DNA of 63,409 nucleotides, counting the filler, from Choristocarpus tenellus KU-1152 (taxonomy: Eukaryota; Protista; Phaeophyceae): assembly GCA_964200185.2 (NCBI GenBank). It is 10 parts of 10 records of this genome, joined end to end, with 100 filler letters (N's around TTAATTAATTAA, not from the genome) between each part and the next. Parts side by side here need not be neighbours in the genome. Positions count along the whole stretch, not along the records: positions 26,807 to 33,144 come from CAXNAD020008356.1; positions 33,245 to 38,880 come from CAXNAD020010176.1; positions 38,981 to 57,769 come from CAXNAD020000518.1; 7 more parts are not named here. One strand, 5' to 3'. Shown piece by piece: positions 28,674 through 42,309 of this stretch (position 1 is the first letter of the stretch; each line of letters opens with the position of its first letter). The notes under the pieces are model-generated. The model ran no database searches. It was given only the letters and a program-made list of their open reading frames with translations, and was not told the origin of the DNA. Position numbers and translations under genes: made by a program.

Positions 28674-30939
28674 GTCATGCACTGGGGTTGCGGTTCAGTC
28701 TGGCACAATGACGATGCAGGCTGTACGCCTTGAGTCTGAAGCAATTGGAGCAATGGATGTCAGGACAAAAGTTCATCACGGATAGTTCTATGTGTAGGGA
28801 CCTTGTGTTTCTCGTGTGTGTTTGATACTCGGGTGATGAGAACTCCTCTACATAGAATCAGCTTAGAATTGCATTCATTTGGGTTTTTTGTTTATGTGTT
28901 ACATATATTTACAAAGGGTGTACATGCAATTCAAATTCTTCCCCTCCACCATCATACCATCGTCAGGCGTGGCACAGAGTCTCTTCAGCAACCTTTGAAA
29001 TTTCTTTTCCCATTTCATATGGTTTCTTGAACTGCATATCAATATACCATCACACTTACGACTATAACCAATATGAACTACAATGTTTTTTCCTTCAATC
29101 CTAAAGAAACATACAATTCATCGTTCCTCTATCACGTGTCCCTCTATCATATGTCGTTATCAAACGAAATATACACTTGCTTGCCTTCATCTTTATCGCT
29201 ATTGTTGAGGACAACACCCTTCGAGAATCGGACGATCTTCATGAAGACATTACCCTTCTCCACATTCCTCAACAACAATTTCCTCCTCACCTTCTAAAAT
29301 ATAGGGGTTGGGTGAACGTTTGAAGCGAAAAGGGCGTCGTTGTGATTCGAATGGAGTTAGAGTTGTTATTTATGCCTGGATATGTTTCGAGTCAATGGAG
29401 GAGACTAGCTGTGTTTAGAGCCAAGCCCTAAAAGGATAAAAATGACAAGACTCATACCTTCTAAGATACTTTCACTCAGTGGGAGAGGAGCGAGTCAGCT
29501 ATCCCTACGAGGTGAAATGGGAGAATGGCGAGGTGCGAAATATCCAGCTTCTTCAACAGTGATACAGTACGGAGCAAGATGCTGAGCCAAGGTCCTGGTT
29601 CTGGACGAGTCCCACATTACTATAATATAGAAGGGAGGACAGAAAGTGTTTTAAAGTAGGTATTTTGTACTAGATGGAACCTTGATTTCTCGGAAGTGCA
29701 ATGAAACTTAGATTTGGGATTCGTGTTGCCCAATTGTAGTACTTACTTCATACACTTCGAAGTACTCCATCATATCTCAAGAATCGTCTCAGTGGCCCTG
29801 AGGGATGCGTATTGAAGAAGAGGAGCAACAGATTTAAAGTCTTACTCAACTATTTTCTGGGAGTGAAGCAAGTACCTTCCAGTTCGAGGATTCCTATCAT
29901 CGTGACTGTTTGACTGAGAAGTATCATACGTTCGAAGAGCTCAAAGGGTTTGGGCAACTGTTTGGTAACTCGAAACACTCCACCTCAGTGTTTCACCGAT
30001 ACCACATAATATTTGTGGATAGATGGGCATGTGCCAGTTTGAAAAAGAGCTGCCCGACTGAGTAAAGAGAGACTTCACGCATATTTTCAGCAGTGACATC
30101 TTATCTAAGAAAACAAAAAATGGCGAATTAAATTATATGTGAGGCAACTAGTAGGGGCATAATTAAGTCGGGAGGTCAGGACTATATTTTTTGAGGTAGT
30201 CAGAGGTTTGAAGGGATGTGCGGGTACCTGTCGGGTGAGTTTGTGATATCCCCCACTCATCCACACCATATTGAAGACAGTGAACAATGGCGAGATGTTG
30301 CTATAAGGTCTGATCCACCCGTTCAGCTTGTTAGGGGAGGACCAAGGGGATGAACACCAGGCACGATCGAAGGCTTCTCCTTAACTCTTGAAATAATGCC
30401 TTCGTCTTCTGAAGGTGCACAACCACGAGGTGATTGAGGATATCAACAAATTATCTTGTCCGGATGGAAGGCACAGCATTCATCGCCGTTGCTGGTAAAA
30501 TCAGAGTTTGTGAGACCAAATCCCGGCTGGACCACTTTCCGACTCCCTACGGCGGATGGATAAAATGTGGTCCTGGGATTGATGAAGGGGGAAAGGAGAA
30601 GATTGAGATGACCTCTGGGAGATTGCGTGTGATAGTAGTAGGTGGATGGCCCCCGCATTATGCTGGGTTAGCTCTGCAGTCTCTGATTTTGTTTTTAACG
30701 CGACTATCTGCCCCAGTGGAACAGAGGTATCTCAATGATTTGACCGTGATCCCAGGACCACGAACACGAGCTGGGGGAGGACAAGCGTCAGGATTTGGGT
30801 CCACACTAGCGAATCTTGCGACTTTTGTGTGAACCTTCTTCACTCTTCCCAGATACGTGTATACATTTCCCTTTTACTTCAACCCGTCACTTGATATGGT
30901 ATGCGTCTACAAGATCTCCGATCAAAGCAATGTGTTAAA

Positions 30940-33144
<2,205 letters not shown>

Positions 33145-33369
33145 NNNNNNNNNNNNNNNNNNNNNNNNNNNNNNNNNNNNNNNNNNNNTTAATTAATTAA
33201 NNNNNNNNNNNNNNNNNNNNNNNNNNNNNNNNNNNNNNNNNNNNTTTGGTCGCACGTGTCAGATTTGAAATGTCAGCAAAAAAATAGTTGTTTGACCGAA
33301 ATGGACGCCCCCCCACAAACCCCCCCCCCCCCCCCAGATACTTTGACCCTACGCACATTCATACGTACC

Positions 33370-33672
33370 AATCACGATACATCCCGGTACATCATGATCC
33401 ATTGCGGTACATCACAGTACATTGCAGTACATCACGGTACATCACAATCCACCGCGGTACATCACAATCCATCACAGTACATCATGATCCATTGCGGTAC
33501 ATCACAGTACATCACGGTGCATCACTATACATCACAATACATCGTGGCACATCGCGATACATCACAGTACATCACAGTACATCACAGTACATCGCGGTAC
33601 ATCACAGTACATCACAATACATCACAGTACATCACAGTACATCGCGGTACATCACAGTACATCACGGTACAC
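33370..33672. repeat. 10-bp minisatellite (ATCACAGTAC)n
   Basis: Directly visible degenerate tandem array. Confidence 0.9.
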
Positions 33673-33780
33673 CTCCCCACCTTAAAATACCACATGTCAA
33701 GCAAGATTTGGTAAACAGGAAGCACCCCCCGCCCCGCTCCCCACCCCGCCCCCTCAGACCCTATCCTCCCCAGCATATAC

Positions 33781-36700
33781 CTGAGTCACCCTGGAGCCAG
33801 CGAGTTTAACCTCCCTACCCCTCACCGCCCTTTCCCTCTGTTGCCTCTCAGAGTTCTGTCTCTGTTCCTCAGAGGCTAGAGTTCTAGATGCTCGCCGCTG
33901 CTGATAATCCTTAGCACATGAGCGCCCAGCCTCCCCTATACCTCTCCACACCTGATAGCAATGCATCAGCAACAGTGGAATCAAATAGCTTACTAGGACA
34001 ATAGGAGGCTTTTCCTTAGTGCTTGGATCTGAGGGAAGGTCCTGTTAACAAGAATATGAAATGAATAGGTATATATATGCATGTATAGCTAGATCTCCTA
34101 TCCATCTTCGACTCGTGTCTGCCCATTATAGGGTATGGTATGAAGTATAGTATGAAGTATAGTATGAAGTATAGTATGAAGTATAGTATGACATAGGGTA
34201 TGAAGTATAGTACTAAGTATAGAAGTTTTATCTTTTACTTATTTTTTTCCCTTTGGTTTTTTTCACTTCAGAACAAAACAAGTAACACTTCAGAACAACA
34301 GAATAAAAATAAAACAGAAAAAAACAAAAATATACATTGTTATTGCGGTATTGTCGTGATATCTTATCGCGATATCTTATCGTAATATCTTATCGTGGTA
34401 TCATCACAGCACTATTGCGATATCATCATGATGATACTATCATGGTATTATCATGATTCTATCACGGTTTTAAAATAATGGTTGAAAATCGTTCTAAAAA
34501 ATACTCATTGTCCTTGTATCGCTGTAAATATGTTGGATCGGCACTTTCAACACAGGTGGATAAAAATAAAATATATGTTAAAAAATAAAGCTCAACAAAA
34601 AAAGAACAGCATCAGTACTACAAACAGGAAGTCACAAATCATTTGCATCCACAGCATACGTCTCTTTTTTCTTTTAGAAAAACAAAACAAAACAAAACAA
34701 AACATAGGCCGTCTGTTTGCATCAATACTCTGTCTCCACATGTTTCGTACCGATCAAAATGTGTGTGATTCTTTAAACATAAATTTATAAACATAAATTT
34801 ATAAACCACTATGATCAGGCGTATTTTTAGAGTAATGAGAAAAGACCAAAGAGACGGCACTTTATCGCTTTAACTCCAACCCTAACCCTAACCACAACCC
34901 CCAACCCTATCCCCATTCCTGTACTGCCTTCAATATGGGCGCAATTGTTCTCACTTTAACTTCAACTTTAAACTTAACCCTAACCCCTAACCACAACCCC
35001 CAACCCTATCCCCATTCCTATACTGCCTTCAATATGGGTGCAATTGTTCTCACTTTAACTCCAACCTTAACCATAACCATAACCATAACCCCTAACCCTA
35101 TCCCCGTTTCTGTACTGCCTTCAAAATAAAGACGGTTAACCTATCCTAGTTGCAAGGGAAGGACAAGGTCACCGACCACAATACCCTCTTGTCTACGATA
35201 TCAAACTCTAATTTTTGATACTCTGAAAGTACAGCCTTCAAATGACGCTCTCTTCCTTCAAACAAAAACAAAAAAATCTCGAAAAGAAAATACTGGCACT
35301 CCAAAAAGGTACACCTTCTGAGTTACCTTCTAGAATAAATATATATATATATTAAGTGTTTTTTAATGAAACTCCACACAAGTACAATCTTCTTTTGGCA
35401 TGCTCTTGCTTTGAATACAAAAAAATGCATGGCAGTTGGCTCGCACATGCACAACAGTAACAGTAATAGCACTAATAACAATAAAAACAATAGTAATAAA
35501 AAAAACAGCTACACACACAGAATCACAAAAACACAAAAACCGTGTAGAGCAATGCCGCTAGACAAAAAAATTGGTGAGTATGGTAGCGGTGTCAACCCAC
35601 CTGGAGCCTCTGGTGAGCCACCACTTCCTCTTGCCCAGCCTCTCTCAATTCTGCCGCCCTCTTTTCAATTGCCTTGGTCGTTCTGGACCTCCTGCGCTCT
35701 GCACTGACTGACCTTGTTGCCCTTATCCTGGCACAGTTATAACACAATCGCGATAGCATCAATGAGGCACCGAGCCCTTTCCAAGGCATGGGACCAACAC
35801 TGCTTCAGTTACTTTTTTTGACGGTGCATATTTCAGAACCAAAAAAAGGAGATTTGGAGGGTGGGGAGTCTGAACGGGGTGAGGGGGCCCTGTGCTAGAG
35901 CTGTGTCTCGGTTCCTGAAGCAACCAGTGGGTTGAAGAATTAAATCTGTCGAGAGAGCTGGGAGTAGAATTGATTGTTCTATGGAATGGTCTATTGTACT
36001 TGTTAGTGCAATTTCCTCTCATCATACGTTCTGGGTAGCTGAAAACTTAGGAGGTGCAGGAGTGGGGGGGATACCTCCGAGCTCACAAGACAACGAGAAC
36101 TCAACAAGGGGGCGGCATAAGGTTGGTAAGGCGACTGTGTTGGAGAGTATCCACGAACTTCGTGTTGGATTGGGGTGCGAGGGGGTACTGCTGGACAGCC
36201 TTTGAATATAATAAGTACAGTGGCGAGAGAGTGCATGTCAGCGAGAGTTGGGAACGAGGAAAGTGGGTCAGTATGTTAATGGTTACCTTTCCCCCTCCCT
36301 CTCCTGTGCCATTTTAGTGCATACAGCGAGACGGTGGGCACAGCCGACGCCCAGTAGCTTCTGTTGGAGCTGCGAGTTCATTGCAGCAAGATCTGCCCGC
36401 TTCGTTGTCTCGAAGTCACGCTGATCGCGATATGTGGTGGAATGAGAAGTAGTGTGAGAGGTTGAAAAAGATGGCAGTACAAATTGCAGCCCTGGCAAGG
36501 CACAGACAAGATCGGCGTACCAAACATGGAGTGCGAGAGCATACAGCTGAGCGTGACAATAAATCGCAATATCTCCAGTTCTTGTTTCAATGGGGCAACT
36601 TCGACCATTTGGAGGCTGAAGAACAATGGGTTGTCCGATTGTAGTAAGCAACAGAAGATTGCTTAAATTAACAAGGGGAGAGCCTCCTGTACAACAATAG

Positions 36701-37081
36701 ATCTGGTTGATAAAATTATCGTGGAGAAAGTCAGTTTTCACTCACCCTCGTCTTTTCCACCGCTTCTTGCATACCATCCCTGTGTCTTTGCCTGTACTCC
36801 TCCCTCACCGCTGCCGCATGCTCACGAGATTGCTCCCGAACCTGTTGCAGCCTTTGGAGGCGAAGTTCACGCTCCATCTCCTTTCTAACAGCTTCCGCCT
36901 CTCCTGTGCTATATCGAAGGTGGCCATATGGATACTTTGGTACCGATTTGTGCCTCGTTTCTCGATTCGCCTCTCCACCAACATGTCTCGTTGCAGTTGC
37001 CCCCCCCCCACGTCCTCGTTCAGCAGGTGTACCCCCAACCGCCACACCCATTTTCCGACGATGAGAGTTGGATTGGGGCAT
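33781..37081 (-). CDS. Coiled-coil protein with a CEP295/Ana1-like N-terminal region (5' part)
   Basis: Phase-consistent exons 37081-36746, 36420-36287, 35703-35601, 33951-33781. ERELRLQRLQQVREQSREHAAAVREEYRQR...LLGVGCAHRLA resembles the CEP295 RxxRLxQVREQE...GxGHRxA pattern (recalled, not searched). Confidence 0.6.
34868..35125. repeat. ~80-bp tandem repeat x3 containing CCCTAA-like telomeric motifs
   Basis: CTTTAACT...CCCTAACC...CCCTATCCCCATTCCTGTACTGCCTTCAA repeated three times. Confidence 0.8.
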
Positions 37082-37360
37082 GCTACCCCCTCTTGCAACG
37101 AGTCAAGACATTCATATCTAGAACAGGCCTCACGAATTTCTGTTGTTGGTGTTGCTTCTCAGCACTTTCAACCTCCGCAATGCACACTCCATACTGGGTA
37201 CTCCACACTCCACACCTCAAACTTCAAAAATTTGAAAATGAAACACCTTCCTGTTTTCCATTTGAAACGGTATGGTGTTGGACGGTACATTAATCAACAA
37301 CGATGTGACAAAGGACATCTTCGTCTAAATGAATCATTTTGGTTGTAATTAGCAAGTGGT

Positions 37361-38880
37361 ATGCGGACCCTACTCGAGATCGCCTGCCTAGGGTGGGTAA
37401 TAATACCTTCTTCATTCGCATTTGTGCATCCTTTAGAATGTGGGGCTAGGGCGTCTATGACAAGAGTACAGACCTCAAGGGCAAAGTCTGCAACTCATCA
37501 ACACGAAACATGTCAAGGATGGCAGAATGCGAGACATATTACCAGTATGCAAATGGAAACATCCACGCGTCGCGAGTGGTTGGGAACTACTTCCTCGCTT
37601 GTGGCAGTGTCTTTCCTCACCGTCGCACCACCAGCCACAGCATTGGGGGGTGACGGGGAGATTGTGAAGAAACCGATCGTTCAGGCGCTGGTCCAGCTGC
37701 AAAACGAGGGCACCAACTGGAAAAAGTGAGAAGGTGCAGTGCCAGCGTCCCCATAAGGTTCATGCCATGCGCATTTTCCCTTGTTTTTCTACCATCTCCA
37801 CTATCTATGACAATGTGTGACAGGGCGATTGCGAGGTCAGATCTCGTGGGAAAGATCAAACCTCCTCCTCTCCAGCGTAAACTCCCCCATCGCTTCGATA
37901 GACGAACCTCTTGTCTCGACGCCCCCATCAGCTGAATGTTGCGAACCCTGGAAGCCCTGAATGTTCTTACCTACTTTGCATAGGTATCTGCCCGACTCAG
38001 CTCAGGCGGAAGGGGCCCGCCTCTACATATTGGCGAGGCAGGGGGGAGAAAATACACAGCCACTGCTTGGAGCCAGCTTGTCAATGGACAAGGTGAAACT
38101 GCCAGCACTCTTACAGGTAAGCTCACCCTACAAGCCAGCGTTTGCCATTCCCGAGCTATACCGAGACAAGTACGAATTTGTGCATTGGAACCTGAACCTA
38201 CTACCTGATGGTGCCGTCGCTACAATAGAATGGCAGCTCAAGGAGGCAGTAAGTCCCGCCTGAAAATCGATATGCCAGTAAAGATGTCATCTAGGCTACT
38301 GTGTGCCCGATGAGATGTCTTACTACCTTGAAATACCCTTCACTGAAGTTTTGTCATCGTGCACAAAGAAAACTACTCGAAGTACAATCTCAAGATCGTA
38401 CCTCAACTTCAACGCTCTACATCCGCTACCAAAATGAACGTGGGCCTACAGCTATTTCCAGCGAATGCTCTGGGAAATGCGAAATGGCCTGCAGATTTTG
38501 ACAACAAAGCTGACTACACCTTGGATGTGAGACTACAAAATGTAATTCGTTACATAATGTGTGTTCTGACCTGAAACCTCTCTTTGACGATAATGCTGCA
38601 TTGCAGGTGGTAGTGCGGGATGGATAAAATGGTCGTTTATGGAGTTTGAGCTTGCTGCATACCCTTGAGAGTTTAAGTTTGACTGTGGGTGTCAAATAAA
38701 AATATGTGTGTGTGTGTGCATGTTTTCTTCTTCTGAGATTAGCGTGAGCTACCTTCGGACACACACAAATTATATTTGTTATTTGATTATCACCCGATAC
38801 ATTGTAGTGCTTCCAACTATCAATTGACAATCAGTTACTCTTCCCACTGCTGTACCCAGGTGACTATTTGCCCGGGGGGG
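37361..38880 (+). CDS. Nucleus-encoded plastid thylakoid-lumen (Tat) protein, 3' end in a gap
   Basis: Signal peptide ending SFA-FVHP (ASAFAP-type), transit peptide, twin-arginine STRREWL, hydrophobic stretch and ATA cleavage site. Exons 37361-37725, 37984-38116, 38452-38526 and probably 38860->gap. Confidence 0.8.
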
Positions 38881-39605
38881 NNNNNNNNNNNNNNNNNNNN
38901 NNNNNNNNNNNNNNNNNNNNNNNNTTAATTAATTAANNNNNNNNNNNNNNNNNNNNNNNNNNNNNNNNNNNNNNNNNNNNCCCTCCCCCCTCAGATACTT
39001 CAAGCCATGGTCACACTTCATAAAGCCGAGTTCTGCAGGGGAACCAGGGTCTGGCGCCCTGCAATGATCAATTTCTGGGGGTGGTACAGACACGTCAATT
39101 CCTCACACCCAGCACCAGCATTGATGGTGTTAACACCTCTTCCAGTAGTGCCAGGACTGTCCCCCTCTCTGACCTTCAGAGGGCGGGGGAATGGCCTACT
39201 CTTGCTTGATGACTGTGGGACCTTCACTTTCATGCAAACGACTTGATCTGCAATTCTGTAGAGAAGTTTGTTGATGTGTGATGATGTATCTGCTGATGTT
39301 GTCATGGAGGTATTGTAGCCATCACCAATCAACACACAGGTGCCTTGCGGCCCTGTTGGTCATAATTATGACCCCCCCACACAATGAGATGGAAATCTCT
39401 GTTTAAGTGATTGTCATAAGTAATTGTCATAGTAGTTGTCGAATGCCGCCCACACAAGATACACCAAGATCAAACGCAATTGCTACGTTTCCTTTAAATG
39501 TTTAATATAACGGGTGTTTTTGATGGGGGTGGGCATATATCTGGAAAACTCCCATTTCTCCCCACTAAAAGCTTGTTATTGGGTAAAAGCGGTATGACAT
39601 GACCT

Positions 39606-39703
39606 TTATGGCTAACAGAATAATACTGTGACTCTAGTTTATGGCTAACAGAATAATACTGTGACTCTAGTTTATGGCTAACTAAATAATAATGTGACTC
39701 TAG
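39606..39703. repeat. 33-bp tandem repeat x3
   Basis: TTATGGCTAACAGAATAATACTGTGACTCTAGT repeated, abutting the palindrome. Confidence 0.9.
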
Positions 39704-40620
39704 TTATAGCCTCTCGGTAAGCAAGCGGAACATTTTCTGAATGAGCTAGCTACGCACGGGGTAGGGGAGAGAGGGGCAAGAGGTTACAGCAGAAAATGGG
39801 TTGTCAAATCCTGTCTACGACAGATAGTCTCTGTCACAACACAAGTAGCTCTATCTAGACATGTCGTGCATTTTAAGCTGGAGACACCATGGAGATGGGC
39901 AAGGAGAGGCTTGTTAGATTCTTGGGATGCTTCCCTAGCTCCTCACCCTGGGGTGCAGTACTAAACTAGTTTGGAGACACAGGAGGGCAACGGTGCAGCA
40001 TAGCTGGTAATAATATAGTAAATATAGATTAATGTCTTTCACATACGACAACTGTTACTTTTTTAGGGGTTGTTCTGACATGTGAATAGGTTTCATTGGT
40101 TTTTCCCCTTACACATCTCCAAAATGTCAGAGGGCATAATAATAAAAACACGGTGACTCTTATTCCTGTTTTTTTATTACTATGCCCTTGGACATTTTAC
40201 AGGCGTGTAAGAGAAAAAACCAATGAAAACTATTAATGTGTCAGAAAAATCCCTAAAAAAAGAACAGTTGTTGTTGCAAACGTGAAAGACATTAATCTAT
40301 ATTTACTATATTATTACCAGCTATGCTGCACCATTGCCCTCCTGTGTCTCCAAACTAGCTTAGTACTGCACCCCAGGGTGAGGAGCTAGGGAAGCATCCC
40401 AAGAATCTAACAAGCCTCTCCTTGCCCATCTCCGTGGTGTCTCCAGCTTAAAATGCACGACATGTCTAGATAGAGCTACTTGTGTTGTGACAGAGACTAT
40501 CTGTTGTAGACAGGATTTGATAACCCCTTTTCTACTGTAGCCTCTTGCCCCTCTCCCCCCTACCCCGTGCGTAGCTAGCTCATTCAGAAAATGTTCCGCT
40601 TGCTTACCGAGAGGTTATAA
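39704..40620. repeat. ~917-bp near-perfect palindrome (foldback element or hairpin)
   Basis: 39704-40153 is the reverse complement of 40165-40620 (TTATAGCCTCTCGGTAAGC... / ...GCTTACCGAGAGGTTATAA), with a ~11-nt loop. Confidence 0.95.
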
Positions 40621-42309
40621 AATTTCCACCACGAACGTGTTAAGGTTATTACTATGAGGGTCAAAAGATACTCCTCTTTCTGCAGAGATCATATCGTTGG
40701 CATGCACTAAGTTGTAACCCTATCCTGAACACTGCTATTTCCCATCTTGGTTACCTCATTTAACTGGGCGTGGTCCTCCTAATTGTGAAGGGTTTGATCG
40801 GTTTTTTGAGACCCCCGCCAGCCTTTTAGAGTGTTCAGCAACAACTTGGTCATTAGTGGTTGTAACCACCCATGTTCCGAACACCCTGCAACAAGACCCT
40901 CAACGTGCTTGCTTCCACTGCCTTCCTGATGTTAATTCTTGCGGTCAACAGGCTCGGTGATTGCCCTTGCCTCGGCATCTTCTCCTTCCACTGGTGCCAT
41001 ATGCACAAGTGCGTGCATGACTTCTCATTAGTCATGAAAATAAAGGAATCTTCAATGTGAAATTCACACCGTGCCATAGTTCAACCATTGGTGTTGATTT
41101 TGGCCGTTGGTGCCGACCAGTAGATCCTTCACCACGTTCGCATCTCCCTCACCCATGACACCCTCACTAACTGTGCAACCTGAGTCCATGCTGGTCCTTC
41201 AATCTTGCTATCTTGGCGGTATCCACGATCCAGTTCTAGTGGTTTCCTCACAACCATGTTTGAAAGACACATGAGGTCATTGCCAGCGCTCTGCACTTAA
41301 TCCTGTTTGAAAGTCTCAATACTTCAATTCAAATGAAGAAACTGTTTTACAACCGACCCCTGCAAGGACTCTCCCATTAATGAACTTGGAGCATCTGTTT
41401 GATAGCTATAATAGTTTACTGAGATGACCCTGTGTGGCTTCAAAGATAGGATTGCAAAACAATACCAACGCTGATGAAATATTTACGAAAACCCTGCTCT
41501 GGGTGTACAAGATCTCTCTAAAACGGAGCTCAATGATCCCTGCCAACCAAAGGAGTGTAAGCGGAGCAGTGGTCGGAAAAAATAGGAGTGGAAGAGGGGA
41601 AAAGGCACCTAGGCATGGTGTTGTACAGGAGGGAGCTGGTTGTGTAACTGCTACTCCTGCTTATAGCTATGGCAGCAGGATCTGCTTTGCTTGAGGTTCC
41701 AAGAAGCACCCACAGAGAGTAGAGAAGGTGGTACTCTTCATATTGAAGGACTGGAAGAGGCTTCAACTGCTGTTGCTTTTGCTAGTAGCTTGCGTGGAGA
41801 ATGGGGAAGGCAGCACTGGTCACGGCAGAGAGACTCAAGAGGGAGAGACTGTTGGTATTGCTGATGCTACCACTAACAATACCAAGCACGACAAAGGCTG
41901 CACCAGAACAATTGATGCTGTTGCAGAATACCCTGGTTAACCATTAATTGTCAAATTCGAAGTAGCTGCTAGCTAAACATGTTCTAAAAGACTTAAGAAC
42001 CATTTCAACATACAACGTAGATGTGTGAATTCGTGCCAACACTGTCTTTTTCAAATCAACACATTCACCACCACTAAGAGCTGTTTTCACACCTGGGTAA
42101 GGAGAACATAGAGCAGAAGTATTCACGAAAAAAATGTTGACCCTCGTCCCAAACTCTTAAGGCTAGTATGACAAATCAGAATATCGTGTAAAAATGCGAC
42201 TTCCAAGTGTACATGTGCATTACAAGGACGGTAACATAGTTACCAGCTAAGGAAAGTCGCCTTGAAATGCTCAAACTAAAACATGTATAAAGTAACGAAA
42301 AGGGAATAA

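Noticed and set aside
33256-33809. Long repetitive ORFs (also 31739-32112, 44470-44846, 58838-59314)
   Set aside because: They are by-products of stop-free mini- and microsatellites.
41830-41932. Possible hydrophobic terminal exon for the ankyrin array gene via a cryptic GTAAGG donor at 42341
   Set aside because: Phase-compatible, but supported by neither homology nor transcript evidence.
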